Shown one piece after another: positions 37,466-47,644 of a stretch of 64,000 nucleotides of DNA. Numbering within the stretch: position 1 is the stretch's first letter; every line of letters begins with the position of its first letter. Below the pieces are notes generated by a model that saw only the letters and a list, made by a program, of their open reading frames with translations, searched no databases and was not told where the DNA came from. The position numbers and the translations under genes were made by a program. The DNA lies in IMG/VR virus record IMGVR_UViG_3300017912_002752; one strand, written 5' to 3'. Source of the DNA: a virus. Its lineage: Duplodnaviria; Caudoviricetes.

Positions 37466-39970
37466 AAATTCTGAAGCTTTATTTAGATTTGGGTTTGGTT
37501 TCTCCCAATCCATAGCTTTATAGAAGTCATCAAGTTTATTTTCTAACTCCTTTTCCCAAATTTTATCGTAGTCGATATATTGTTCTACAAGTTTTAAAAT
37601 CTGAGGTGGGTCATTATGTCCTTTCAGACCCGTTGCCTCTAATCCAAGAGGATTCTTTTTCAAATATACCCACTTTATCTTGTCACCATCTTTCATAGGT
37701 TCGTATTTATATGGTACTTTATAGAAAGCAAGTAATTGATTGTATGTTATTGCTGCCTTTACATGAGCAGGTGAACCTTTTTTAAACTCACCCAATACTT
37801 GTGTTTTTGTTGTATATTTACTCATACCTTTGACTGCTGAGTTCTTTGCGATATCAATAAATGGTCTATCTTCCATTTCTTTTTTATAGTCAAGAATCTT
37901 AGTATCAATTTCTTTTTTATCAACGGACCTTAGAATATCTAACAAAACAGTTTTCATAACTTCTTTGAAGTAAGTTGGGAATGAACTTCTTTTAACATCC
38001 AATCCTTTTACATCTAACTTGTCACAATCAACTTCGTTATCATTGATAATCCATTGTGCGTATCTTTTCTTTGATACCCAAAATCCACCCTTTGCAATTG
38101 TTTCTTGTTTAATATCAAATTTATGAGAATCAATATTAAACAATCGTTTTGCCATTGTATCATAAACCTTGTTGATATGAGTTTCTACTTCTTTTGCTGC
38201 GGATAGAATCGCAGGAATCATTTCTTCATCCGAATCCTCATTGAGTTCAGGATTACGAGATTTTACTAATGGAGCGGCCTGATAAAAAACAGAATCAGTA
38301 TCGGTATAAACATTGTAGTCATCTTCTTTTCCTATTACTTTTGAATAATATTGATTTGCAATCAACTCAGTTGTTTTAATTACAGTTTGACCTGTAATCG
38401 TAGTTGCCTCTGCGTTATCTACATCATAAAATCTGAATGATGGTAGTCCCAGCACTCCATACAATGAGTTCAACATAATCTTTTGTACCAATTGTCGTTT
38501 ACCATAGAACTTGTATTGTTCGTCATTACCCTCTTTACCATACTTTTTCATCAAGTTTTTGTATTCAACTCTTTTGTCAAACCAAACACTTAGTATCTCA
38601 GGTATAACCCCAACTTTATCAGTTCTATATAAAACACCATTTGCGGCAACAGAGTATTTGTTTTTCTCAATAAACTTTAGAAACTTTTCTTTAGGTAAAG
38701 GTGGAAACTCATTACCACCATCATCTATAATTGAATAAGTTTCAAGATTACCTTTCATATGTTGTTCAGCAGAATAACCTTTTAGTTTACCAATCTTGGT
38801 CTCAGGTGATATATTGATACTCATAATAATAGATGGATATAGAGAAGTTAAATCCAAATCGTAAACCCATTTGTAAAGACCAGGTTTAGGTTCTTTTACA
38901 TACGCACCTGTAAATTTACCTTCACCATCAGAACCATCTTCATTTCTTGGTTTTCGTCTTGGTTTGTTGGGCGCCACCCTACCACTTCTTCTAAGGAATG
39001 TTAATATTGCTCCTTCTAACCATTTTGATGAGAATAAAAAATCTTCGTAGAACACATGACCTGTGTGACATATTGCCCTTGCCAAATCAATGAACTGAAG
39101 TTTTTTATCCAAGTCCACTACTAATTCAACATCAACTAAGTTGTACTCAATAAACTTCTCTATATCATCCCTAAATAATTGGTCCAAGTTACCTTCATAC
39201 TCAATCTTACCTCTACCCAACTCAATAGTTGCTACCGTGTCTAATCGATAGTTAGGTAATTCGGTAAAGTTGTAACACTTATAAAGTGCTAAATAATCCA
39301 AACAACTAACACCACCAATAATGTATCTACTTCTATATTTGTTATAGGATACTTTACCAATCGGTGACAACTGATTTGCGAATTGTTGACCAAACAATAG
39401 TTTGTATCTATTGTAAAGATAAGTAACATCAAAGTAGTCTATATTCCAACCTGTAACTATTGTTGGATTTATTTCTCTCCACTTTGTCATGAACGCTGAT
39501 AATAGACCTTCTTCAGTATCAAATGATTCTACCTTAGCTCCTTTGATTGTTTTATTAATCTTTTCACCTTGATTGACAACATAAACAAAATAATCATTTG
39601 TAATAGAATCGTGACCTGCGATTGAAGTGATTGCGTTACTTGCCGTTTCTATATCAGGCAACCCACTATTCATTTCAACCTCGATATCAAATGTCATGAT
39701 TGTATGTCCTGTTGAAACTTCATCAGAGTCACCATACTCATCAATCAAGAAACGAGTCATTTCGTTTACATCTGATTCATATAATTGTAAATCATCGTCT
39801 GCTTTCCAAAAATTTAATTTCTTGAGTCTTTCACCATGAATAGATTGGTGTGCTCCATTTCCATCCTTCACATAAGCATATCTACGATACTTAGATGTAA
39901 AGTAACCTTTCTGGTCATCCCAACAATGGATGATAGACTTTTCTTTTTCGAAGAATACATTTTGATACAT
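37454..39970 (-). CDS. DNA polymerase family B (gp43-like)
   Basis: Exo FDIE and GWNIDYFD; pol DLTSLYPS, KIMLNSLYG, YTDTDS, KKRY. Confidence 0.97.
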   Translation of the reverse strand: MYQNVFFEKEKSIIHCWDDQKGYFTSKYRRYAYVKDGNGAHQSIHGERLKKLNFWKADDDLQLYESDVNEMTRFLIDEYGDSDEVSTGHTIMTFDIEVEMNSGLPDIETASNAITSIAGHDSITNDYFVYVVNQGEKINKTIKGAKVESFDTEEGLLSAFMTKWREINPTIVTGWNIDYFDVTYLYNRYKLLFGQQFANQLSPIGKVSYNKYRSRYIIGGVSCLDYLALYKCYNFTELPNYRLDTVATIELGRGKIEYEGNLDQLFRDDIEKFIEYNLVDVELVVDLDKKLQFIDLARAICHTGHVFYEDFLFSSKWLEGAILTFLRRSGRVAPNKPRRKPRNEDGSDGEGKFTGAYVKEPKPGLYKWVYDLDLTSLYPSIIMSINISPETKIGKLKGYSAEQHMKGNLETYSIIDDGGNEFPPLPKEKFLKFIEKNKYSVAANGVLYRTDKVGVIPEILSVWFDKRVEYKNLMKKYGKEGNDEQYKFYGKRQLVQKIMLNSLYGVLGLPSFRFYDVDNAEATTITGQTVIKTTELIANQYYSKVIGKEDDYNVYTDTDSVFYQAAPLVKSRNPELNEDSDEEMIPAILSAAKEVETHINKVYDTMAKRLFNIDSHKFDIKQETIAKGGFWVSKKRYAQWIINDNEVDCDKLDVKGLDVKRSSFPTYFKEVMKTVLLDILRSVDKKEIDTKILDYKKEMEDRPFIDIAKNSAVKGMSKYTTKTQVLGEFKKGSPAHVKAAITYNQLLAFYKVPYKYEPMKDGDKIKWVYLKKNPLGLEATGLKGHNDPPQILKLVEQYIDYDKIWEKELENKLDDFYKAMDWEKPNPNLNKASEFFGF

Positions 39971-39974
39971 AAGT

Positions 39975-40006
39975 TAAATATACAAAAATTTTATGACATT
40001 ACCAAA
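39975..40006 (-). promoter_or_regulatory. Bacteroidota-type promoter
   Basis: TTTG-N20-TATATTTA. Confidence 0.7.
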
Positions 40007-40787
40007 AACTAACTGCGTTTTCTGGTGTATAAGTTTCATGTTTTTCTATTGGTGGTAAAAACTCCTCAGGGTCTTTTGGATATGGACTTGTTTTGTGTTT
40101 TAACATTTTACTAAGTTTCCGTTTTTCCGATTTGTTCTTACCTAAGATTTGAATGTACCTATGTTTAGGCGCCTCTTTCTTTCGCCAGAACTCTCTTACA
40201 TTCTGTTTTCCTATTTCTTTTTTTAAATGTTCTACATTATGTGACCCCCACTTAGAAAATACAGTCCTTGAATGAATCCAATCGTAAGGACTATCACTAA
40301 GTGATACTGAATAGTTTGGCATTAGTTGTATATCACGACAATCTTGATATAACCAATTAGTTGCTTGATAAATGCCACCGAGGTGTAATTGTTCAGGGTC
40401 TGCATAACTTAACAACATTTTAATTTTTGGTGCGTTTTCTTTCATCCATTTAAAAGACTGACCCATTGCGTATGATTCTATATTTGAACCATATCCATCA
40501 TGGATGAACAATCTTGTCAACTCCAAACACTCATCTTTCTCTAAACCATCAATTACAGACTTAATAGCTGAACGACCTACGGGATATCCATATACCAAGC
40601 AACCAATTAGTTTTTCACTACCAAAGAATCCATCATCACCATTGTAATATACACCGAGTGCATATCTACACATAGTCCACGCATGAGAGTAGTGATATTT
40701 TATAATCATCTGTTTTGCCACACTTTTATTGATTTCTCTAATAGAAACCTTTGATGTGTCTACATAATGTTTATTAGGTTCTTTCAA
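39999..40787 (-). CDS. Mom-family (GNAT-fold) DNA modification protein
   Basis: HYSH, LELTRL, ESY, SYADPEQLHLGGIYQATNW, KHRY. Confidence 0.8.
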   Translation of the reverse strand: MKEPNKHYVDTSKVSIREINKSVAKQMIIKYHYSHAWTMCRYALGVYYNGDDGFFGSEKLIGCLVYGYPVGRSAIKSVIDGLEKDECLELTRLFIHDGYGSNIESYAMGQSFKWMKENAPKIKMLLSYADPEQLHLGGIYQATNWLYQDCRDIQLMPNYSVSLSDSPYDWIHSRTVFSKWGSHNVEHLKKEIGKQNVREFWRKKEAPKHRYIQILGKNKSEKRKLSKMLKHKTSPYPKDPEEFLPPIEKHETYTPENAVSFW

Positions 40788-41526
40788 TTGGTTCTAATTT
40801 TTTTATTTCTTCTTCAAATAACTCACTCTGTTTAGGATATGGTAATGAAGGATATTTTAAACTCTTTAATATACGACTTTTTTTTGACTTATCCAAAATA
40901 TAAATGTATCTATGCTTTCTTGGTTCTTTTTTTATCCAAAAAGTTTTACCAATTACCTTTTGTATTTTAGTTGGATTATTAGTTCCATAATATGGAAAAA
41001 TTGTTCTACCATGTTGCCACTCACCATTTTCCTCAAACTTAAATAACCAACTATCATTTGGTCTAATTCTATTTCCTTGATATATCCAGTTTGTAGATTG
41101 ATAAACAGTTCCCAAATGACCTGCTTTTGGGTCTGAGTATGATATCAATCCTTTAATATGTCTTGCGTGTTTTCTTAACCACTTAAATGTTTGTCCAACA
41201 AACCAACTCTCAACATTACATCCATATCCATCGAATACGAATAATCTTGTGAGTTCTAACACTTCTTTTCTGTCTAATAACTCTGATATTGATTGACCAG
41301 AGTGTCTTCCGATTGGGTCACCATATGTTGCAACACCAATTAACTTATCTGTTGATGAAAAGAAAGAGTGTGAATCATCCTCGACATATAACCCCAAACA
41401 ATAACTAACTTTAGTCCAAATACCACTATAATGGTTTTTTATGATAATGTCCTTTGCTACTGATTTTGAGATAGGTCTTACGGATAACTTTGAAATATCT
41501 GTATACTCTTTCCCTTTAATTTTCAT
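40774..41526 (-). CDS. Mom-family (GNAT-fold) DNA modification protein, paralog
   Basis: HYSG, LELTRL, ESW, SYSDPKAGHLGTVYQSTNW, KHRY. Confidence 0.8.
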   Translation of the reverse strand: MKIKGKEYTDISKLSVRPISKSVAKDIIIKNHYSGIWTKVSYCLGLYVEDDSHSFFSSTDKLIGVATYGDPIGRHSGQSISELLDRKEVLELTRLFVFDGYGCNVESWFVGQTFKWLRKHARHIKGLISYSDPKAGHLGTVYQSTNWIYQGNRIRPNDSWLFKFEENGEWQHGRTIFPYYGTNNPTKIQKVIGKTFWIKKEPRKHRYIYILDKSKKSRILKSLKYPSLPYPKQSELFEEEIKKLEPIERT

Positions 41527-41726
41527 TGATAATCGTTAAATTCACCAAACAATAAATGTTTCCAAGTTTCACCTCTAACTATTTTTCTTATGTTAGCAGG
41601 TGACACACCGTTGTTTCTTGCCAATACTCTAATGTTACGATGACCAACAGACCACAACTTACGAATAGACCTTACTTGTCTTTCCGTTAATTTATGTTGT
41701 GGATGTAATTCACCTCTTAATGCCAT
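41523..41726 (-). CDS. small HTH DNA-binding protein (HNH-endonuclease C-terminal type, no nuclease domain)
   Basis: GELHPQHKLTERQVRSIR...LARNNGVSPANIRKIVRGETWKH; ATG 41726 lies below the promoter. Confidence 0.7.
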   Translation of the reverse strand: MALRGELHPQHKLTERQVRSIRKLWSVGHRNIRVLARNNGVSPANIRKIVRGETWKHLLFGEFNDYQ

Positions 41727-41740
41727 TCTAAACCTTTTCA

Positions 41741-41772
41741 CTAATATACAAAATTTTTATTAATTTTCCAAA
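41741..41772 (-). promoter_or_regulatory. Bacteroidota-type promoter for HTH-mom-mom unit
   Basis: TTTG-N20-TATATTAG. Confidence 0.72.
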
Positions 41773-42317
41773 AATAAATCACCAACTTCTAAACCAGATG
41801 GTACTTTATCCCATAAGTTGATTGCGATTGCTCTTCTTGTACCACGAGTAACTTTAGTAACTCGATGTGTATGTTCACCTGCAGGAAATATAACCAATCT
41901 ATTGTATTTTGGTTCTAATCTTTCAGGTTCACCATGTTGCCCATGTGGATAAATTTCAAGGTAACCACCATCGATATCATTTTCCCATGGATAAAAAACA
42001 GTACCTATTACAGGTGTAACTATTTCTTTTGTTTGATTATACCAATACTCATCTTTATCAAAATGAAATGGTAAATCATCTCTTTCTTCGGTTGATGAAT
42101 AAACACCAATCCAATATTCAAACCCCTCAACATTTACTGATGGGTATGGTGAGTTTTCACCCCAAATATATTGTATCAATCTTTTTTTAATTGTATTTGC
42201 AGGTGAGTTCCACCAACCATCCCACCACATATAACCTTTGGTATCAAAGAAGGTCGTGTCATTCTTTAGGTCATTTAATAGTTGTTGGTCTTTTATGAAA
42301 TCATCTATTACAATCAT
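41760..42317 (-). CDS. 2OG-Fe(II) oxygenase (prolyl 4-hydroxylase-like)
   Basis: FHFDKDE (HxD), GGYL, NRLVIF...HRV, RRAIAINLW. Confidence 0.82.
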   Translation of the reverse strand: MIVIDDFIKDQQLLNDLKNDTTFFDTKGYMWWDGWWNSPANTIKKRLIQYIWGENSPYPSVNVEGFEYWIGVYSSTEERDDLPFHFDKDEYWYNQTKEIVTPVIGTVFYPWENDIDGGYLEIYPHGQHGEPERLEPKYNRLVIFPAGEHTHRVTKVTRGTRRAIAINLWDKVPSGLEVGDLFLEN

Positions 42318-43405
42318 AAGTCTTCTACTTTCTTTAGTGCCGATGCGATTACTTGGTGCATATCGTAATACTTGTATTCTGCTAATCTACCACCAAATAT
42401 AACTTTATCTTGTGCATCAGCTAATTTTTTATACTTTTGATATATCTCGTTGTTAGTTTTATCATTTACAGGATAATATGGCTCTACTCCCCTTTCATAA
42501 GGTTGTGGATACTCCCAACTAACATAAGTTCCTTTTTGATTTTGATTATCAAAATGTTTATGCTCTATAACTCGTGTATATGGTGTTTCTGAGTCCGTAT
42601 AATTCATTAATGCACATCCTTGATGATTATCTTTTGATTTATACATCTTACTCATCCAATGTAAAGACTTGTATTCCAAATCACCATACTTGTAGTCAAA
42701 ATACAAATCAATCGGACCTGTATAAATTACTTTATCACCCAACCCATCCCAAAAATCTTTTTTATCAAAATAATCTGTATTTGTAAATACTTCAACATCC
42801 TCTAATAATCTTTCAAATATCTGAGTGTATCCACCAATTGGTATTCCTTGATATTTGTCATTAAAATAATTGTTGTTATATGTGTATCTTACAGGCAGTC
42901 GTTTGATAATTGACTTTGGAAGTAACTTAGCTGGCTTCATCCATTGTTTTTGAGTATAACCTTTTATTAACTTTTCGTAAATATCTTTACCAACAAGAGC
43001 CTCTGCTTGTTCTTCTAAGTTAGTAGGATTACCTTTAAATCTTTGTGACTCAATCTTTTGTTTTGCTCCTTCAGGTGTTGTCACTCTCCACATTTTATTG
43101 AATGTGTACATATTGAAAGGTAGTGGATATATTTCACCTTTATAGTTTGCAACTATATTAAGTTGAAACTGATGAAAGTCTACAAACTGATTTATCCAAT
43201 GCCAAACCTTTTCATTATTTGTATGAAATATGTGTGGTCCATATTTGTGTACATGAATACCTTCTATTTCTTCGGTATAACAATTACCACCAATGTGGTC
43301 TCGTTTTTCAATAACACAAACCTTTTTACCTTGTTCTTTAAGTTCATATGCACATACTGCCCCAAAGAAACCTGAACCCACTATTACATAATCATATTTA
43401 GCCAT
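42314..43405 (-). CDS. glf: UDP-galactopyranose mutase
   Basis: IVGSGFFG, HIGGNCY, HKYGPHIFHT, YQGIP, GRLAEYKYYDMHQVI. Confidence 0.95.
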   Translation of the reverse strand: MAKYDYVIVGSGFFGAVCAYELKEQGKKVCVIEKRDHIGGNCYTEEIEGIHVHKYGPHIFHTNNEKVWHWINQFVDFHQFQLNIVANYKGEIYPLPFNMYTFNKMWRVTTPEGAKQKIESQRFKGNPTNLEEQAEALVGKDIYEKLIKGYTQKQWMKPAKLLPKSIIKRLPVRYTYNNNYFNDKYQGIPIGGYTQIFERLLEDVEVFTNTDYFDKKDFWDGLGDKVIYTGPIDLYFDYKYGDLEYKSLHWMSKMYKSKDNHQGCALMNYTDSETPYTRVIEHKHFDNQNQKGTYVSWEYPQPYERGVEPYYPVNDKTNNEIYQKYKKLADAQDKVIFGGRLAEYKYYDMHQVIASALKKVEDL

Positions 43406-44528
43406 CTATTCCTTTTAATGCGATTAAGTGTAATCTACTTGGTTCATCACTCGTATCGGTATATGAGTGGTCTTCAATCAAAAATTGCCATTTTGGGAAT
43501 GGATTTTTTCTGTTAACATCAACTAACATTTTTGTAGCTTGAAGCATTCTGTGATAATCTTTGTTCTTTTCATGGATTTTCGCCAATAGTGTAAAGTTTT
43601 CATTTCTATCAGGACAAAACTCATGTGCTCTATTTAACCATTCTATTGCTTTTTCAGTTTCACCTATAAGTTCATATGCATTACCAATACCTAAACAACA
43701 CCAATAAGTAAACTCATCACCTACTACATCTATTTTATTGAAAAATCTATATTCTGGATTTACAACATAGATATATTGCTTAAAGTAAAATATGCATCTT
43801 CGTACAAACTCTTTTCGGTGGTCTTCACCAAATGGAAAATCACTTCTAAGAGTATCATAATAGGACTTTGCTATATAAAATAAGTGATATTTATCTTCTA
43901 ATACCTTATTATTAGGTATTGTATCTAATTCTAAATTTAGTGCATCTTTTAGAAACTTCATAGGTTGTAACCATGTCTGACCATCATTGGTTAAAATATG
44001 TCTAAACTTTTTATCTAAATTTACTCTTTGAAAAGTTTCTCCTATATCATCTCTATCTAAGTAAATTGTTTCATGTGCTTTTTCAGGATAAAATCTCCAA
44101 GGTTCTTTAGCATTCCACAACCAAGTTCTGAAATACATTATACCAGGCCCTTGACATGGTACATTCCAACTTTGTACTGATGTATCATTAAATACTGACC
44201 AATCAAAACCATCATCGACTTGTAATTGTTCGTCTGCATCAACTCTAAGAATCCAATCACATCCGTGGTCTGCCTCTAATGCGGTTCTTACACAATGGTC
44301 TCGATTTATACCATGTCCCTTCCACCAATCTAATTGATATAGGAAACCAGGTATTCCCTTCTCGTTAAAAAAGTTTTTAATTATGTCTTGAGTTCCATCG
44401 GTTGAACCATTATCTTGAATAACCCAATAGTCAATGTATGGGTATACACTTTCCAACATTCTCTCAATAACATGAGATTCGTTATTAACCATTGTGTTAA
44501 AACAAAACTTTGCAGTAGTGTTTTTCAT
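43398..44528 (-). CDS. glycosyltransferase family 2 with TPR-like C-terminus
   Basis: MVNNESHVIERML, DNGSTDGT, DADE, HE; helical repeats. Confidence 0.85.
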   Translation of the reverse strand: MKNTTAKFCFNTMVNNESHVIERMLESVYPYIDYWVIQDNGSTDGTQDIIKNFFNEKGIPGFLYQLDWWKGHGINRDHCVRTALEADHGCDWILRVDADEQLQVDDGFDWSVFNDTSVQSWNVPCQGPGIMYFRTWLWNAKEPWRFYPEKAHETIYLDRDDIGETFQRVNLDKKFRHILTNDGQTWLQPMKFLKDALNLELDTIPNNKVLEDKYHLFYIAKSYYDTLRSDFPFGEDHRKEFVRRCIFYFKQYIYVVNPEYRFFNKIDVVGDEFTYWCCLGIGNAYELIGETEKAIEWLNRAHEFCPDRNENFTLLAKIHEKNKDYHRMLQATKMLVDVNRKNPFPKWQFLIEDHSYTDTSDEPSRLHLIALKGIDG

Positions 44529-44544
44529 AACTTATTTTATTTCT

Positions 44545-44781
44545 TTATGCAGATAAATACTCATTCATAGGTTTAACACCAATGTGTCTTTTAACTTCTT
44601 GTCCACCTTCTAACAGAACTACTGTTGGTACACTTCTAATTCCATACTTCTGTGCGAAGTCGGGTTGTTCATCTACATTTACTTTTTTTACAGGAATAGT
44701 GTTACTCACTTGTTCCATTACAGGACTCAACATTTTACATGGTTGACACCATGGTGCTGAAAAATACAAATATTCTTTCAT
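44545..44781 (-). CDS. thioredoxin
   Basis: WCQPC, IRSVPT. Confidence 0.92.
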   Translation of the reverse strand: MKEYLYFSAPWCQPCKMLSPVMEQVSNTIPVKKVNVDEQPDFAQKYGIRSVPTVVLLEGGQEVKRHIGVKPMNEYLSA

Positions 44782-44795
44782 TTTATTTACCTACA

Positions 44796-46580
44796 TTAAC
44801 CATCGCAAGATACACAATCGGGGTCTAATGCTCGTGCTGCGATGTCACCACGAAGGACAGACTCCGTTCTCATATAATATAAAGTTTTGATTCCTTGTTT
44901 CCACGCTTCCATAGTGACTTGATTAATCCACTTTGGACTTGCTTCAGATGGAAACGCCAGATTCAACGAAACCGATTGGTCAACATATTGTTGTCTAACA
45001 CCTGCTTGTCTAATTAATTCTAATTGATTAATTTCTTTGAAGGTTTTAAATACATCCTTGACCCAAAAAACTTGGTCTTTTTCAAATGCCTCTTGAGGAA
45101 TGTCTTCTTTTTTCAAAAGTTTTCCATCTACATATCCCCAATTATCCAATTCTTTAATATCTTGAACCGAACCACCATCTTCTAAGACTTTATCCCAAGT
45201 TCCTTTTTTATTTATACCCACTTTTCTAAATACCTTTTCTAATTCAAGGTTTTTACGGATGAATGTTCCCTTTGCCGTTTGTTCCGTAAATACATTGGAA
45301 GGCCAAGGTTCGATTCCTGCGGATACATTACCACTTAATTTAGAATTAGAAACAGTAGGAGCAATTGCTCTTAAGTGTGTGTTTCTAAATCCACTATCTT
45401 TACACCATAATGGTTCACCATACTCGGTAGCTAAATCTCTACTTGCTCTTTCTGATTCAATCTTAATTTGAGAAAAAATCTTACGAGTTTCAAACTGAGC
45501 GGTCAGTCCTTCAAAGGATATACCTTTTCTTTGTAAGTAGGTGTGCCATCCAAGAACTCCTAAACCTAATGCTCTACCTTTTTCTGCTGAACGAACTGCG
45601 TTTTCAAAACCTCTCATGTTTTTTGCTTTCTGTAAAAACTCTGAAAGGACACCATCTAAGAAATAAGTTGATGTATAAATTAAATCTGTATCTTTCCACT
45701 CATCATACTTTGCTAAGTTGAGTGAGGATAAACAACAAACAAAACTATGTGATTCATCCGTATGTAGTACAATCTCAGAACAAATATTTGTCATAAAGAC
45801 TTTTAGTCCATTATCTTTGTACATCGCAGGATTTGCTTTGTTTACATTACCCTTAAACATTATATAAGGTTCACCTGTTGCTTTTCTCTTTTGAAGTACT
45901 TTACCCCACCTTCTTCTTGCTTCAGGTACACCATCTTCTAATTGTCTCATGAACTTATCACCAACAACAATACATTGGTGTAGGTTCATACATTGTCTAT
46001 TTACATCACCCTTTGGTTCTCTGATTTCAATCCACTCATCAAAATCATCGTGTTCAATGTTTAAGTTTACAGATGCTGCTCCTCTTCTAACTGCACCTTG
46101 GTTTGTAGCAAGGATTGTAGAATCATAAATCTTACAAAATGGTACAACACCATCTGATGTTCCGTTTTGTGTAATATTAGCACCTGCAGGTCTGATTTGA
46201 TTTACACCAATACCAACACCACCACCATGTTTTGCAAGTAACATCATTTCTAAGTTCTTAGTACCAATTTCAAAGATACTATCACCTACATCGATACCAA
46301 AACAAGAAATAGGTAATCCTCTATCCGTGCCAGTATTAGATAAAACAGGAGAGGCTAGATTCAACCAACCTTTCCAAATGTAATCAAAGAACTTTGAAGC
46401 AAGTTGTGGTTTGTTCAGTCTTCTTGCTACTGCCGTTGATACTCTCCAATATGCATCTTTGGGTTTTTCGCCAGGAAGTAAATAACCATTTGATATTGTT
46501 TTTACATATATTTCGGTGTTTGCCCAAACGGGAAAATCTACACCAACTTCCCAACCTAAATTTTCTGCGTGATTCTTCAT
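44796..46580 (-). CDS. nrdA: ribonucleotide reductase class I alpha subunit
   Basis: PISC, TNICSE, VCCLSS, IAPTVSNS, KTLYY, C-terminal CVSC; no obvious ATP cone. Confidence 0.95.
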   Translation of the reverse strand: MKNHAENLGWEVGVDFPVWANTEIYVKTISNGYLLPGEKPKDAYWRVSTAVARRLNKPQLASKFFDYIWKGWLNLASPVLSNTGTDRGLPISCFGIDVGDSIFEIGTKNLEMMLLAKHGGGVGIGVNQIRPAGANITQNGTSDGVVPFCKIYDSTILATNQGAVRRGAASVNLNIEHDDFDEWIEIREPKGDVNRQCMNLHQCIVVGDKFMRQLEDGVPEARRRWGKVLQKRKATGEPYIMFKGNVNKANPAMYKDNGLKVFMTNICSEIVLHTDESHSFVCCLSSLNLAKYDEWKDTDLIYTSTYFLDGVLSEFLQKAKNMRGFENAVRSAEKGRALGLGVLGWHTYLQRKGISFEGLTAQFETRKIFSQIKIESERASRDLATEYGEPLWCKDSGFRNTHLRAIAPTVSNSKLSGNVSAGIEPWPSNVFTEQTAKGTFIRKNLELEKVFRKVGINKKGTWDKVLEDGGSVQDIKELDNWGYVDGKLLKKEDIPQEAFEKDQVFWVKDVFKTFKEINQLELIRQAGVRQQYVDQSVSLNLAFPSEASPKWINQVTMEAWKQGIKTLYYMRTESVLRGDIAARALDPDCVSCDG

Positions 46581-46592
46581 AACTAATTTTTC

Positions 46593-47585
46593 TTAAAATA
46601 TGTCGTCCCAATCTTCACCTTCGTTTGCCTTACTATAATCAGTAGGTCTGATAGCGAAGAAGTCCGTATGTGTTTGTCCACCTGTTAAGTGGTAGAACCA
46701 ATCTAAATTACCTGCTTTCTCTGCATCAAAGTCAAAGATACCATCATATCCTAACTCTTTTAATTTAGAATTTGTTCTTGATTTTATAAATTCTTTTAGG
46801 TCATCTGCTTTTAGATTTTCCAAGTCACCCATCTCAAACATCTTATCAATGTACTTCAACTCAAGTTCAACGATTAGTTTAGCCGCTTCCTCGATTGAGT
46901 CTTTACATTGGTCTAATAATTCAGGGTATTCTTCACACATATGTCTAAATAACTGACATCCCATCTTAGAATGTAAAGATTCGTCTCTTACACTCCATTT
47001 CATTTGCTGACCTATACCTTTTAACTTGTTTCTCATTTGAAATGAGTAAAGTACTGCGAATGAGGAATATAACGCCACACCCTCTGTAAATGCTGAGAAT
47101 ATAGCGAGTGATTTTCCTACTTCTTTTCTTGCGTCTGCATTATCTTTAAGGTCTTCCCAAGTATATCTGTTTGTTATACTAGCAAGGTTCTCAAATCTTT
47201 CTGCAGTCGCTGGTTCATGTAGGAATGCCTCAAAGTCTTCTAATCCGAGAGACTCGTTTAAATATGAATATGCCGTTGCGTGAATGGTTTCTTGTGAACC
47301 AAACATCATTGCCATTTGTTTTATTTCGTGTTTTGGAAACCATTCTGTTACCCAACCTGTCCAATAATCTGATACTGCACATTCGGTTTGTGCGAATCCA
47401 AGTAGAATGTTACCGACTAAGTTTTTTTCCTCTGGTGTAAGATGTTCATTCCAATCTTTTATGTCCCCTTGCATTGGAATTTCAGTATGTAACCAAAATG
47501 CCTGTGCTTGTTTTAACCAACCTTCTGTGTAATACTCAGGGTATTCAAAAGGTTTAAACGGAATACGATTATCAAATAATCCCAT
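46593..47585 (-). CDS. nrdB: ribonucleotide reductase class I beta subunit
   Basis: ETIHATAY, EGVALYSSF, RDESLH, HTDFF. Confidence 0.95.
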   Translation of the reverse strand: MGLFDNRIPFKPFEYPEYYTEGWLKQAQAFWLHTEIPMQGDIKDWNEHLTPEEKNLVGNILLGFAQTECAVSDYWTGWVTEWFPKHEIKQMAMMFGSQETIHATAYSYLNESLGLEDFEAFLHEPATAERFENLASITNRYTWEDLKDNADARKEVGKSLAIFSAFTEGVALYSSFAVLYSFQMRNKLKGIGQQMKWSVRDESLHSKMGCQLFRHMCEEYPELLDQCKDSIEEAAKLIVELELKYIDKMFEMGDLENLKADDLKEFIKSRTNSKLKELGYDGIFDFDAEKAGNLDWFYHLTGGQTHTDFFAIRPTDYSKANEGEDWDDIF

Positions 47586-47644
47586 AGTGATTTTATAGAT
47601 TTTAAATTATACTTTTTGTTATATGTCGGTGATAATATATATGA

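Noticed and set aside
41523-41741. Mobile HNH homing endonuclease or its pseudogene
   Set aside because: No nuclease domain or decayed remnant upstream; a compact ORF with its own promoter, coupled to the Mom gene
37454-47585. Introns or inteins in polB, nrdA, nrdB
   Set aside because: The ORFs are continuous and of ordinary or short length, with no intein motifs
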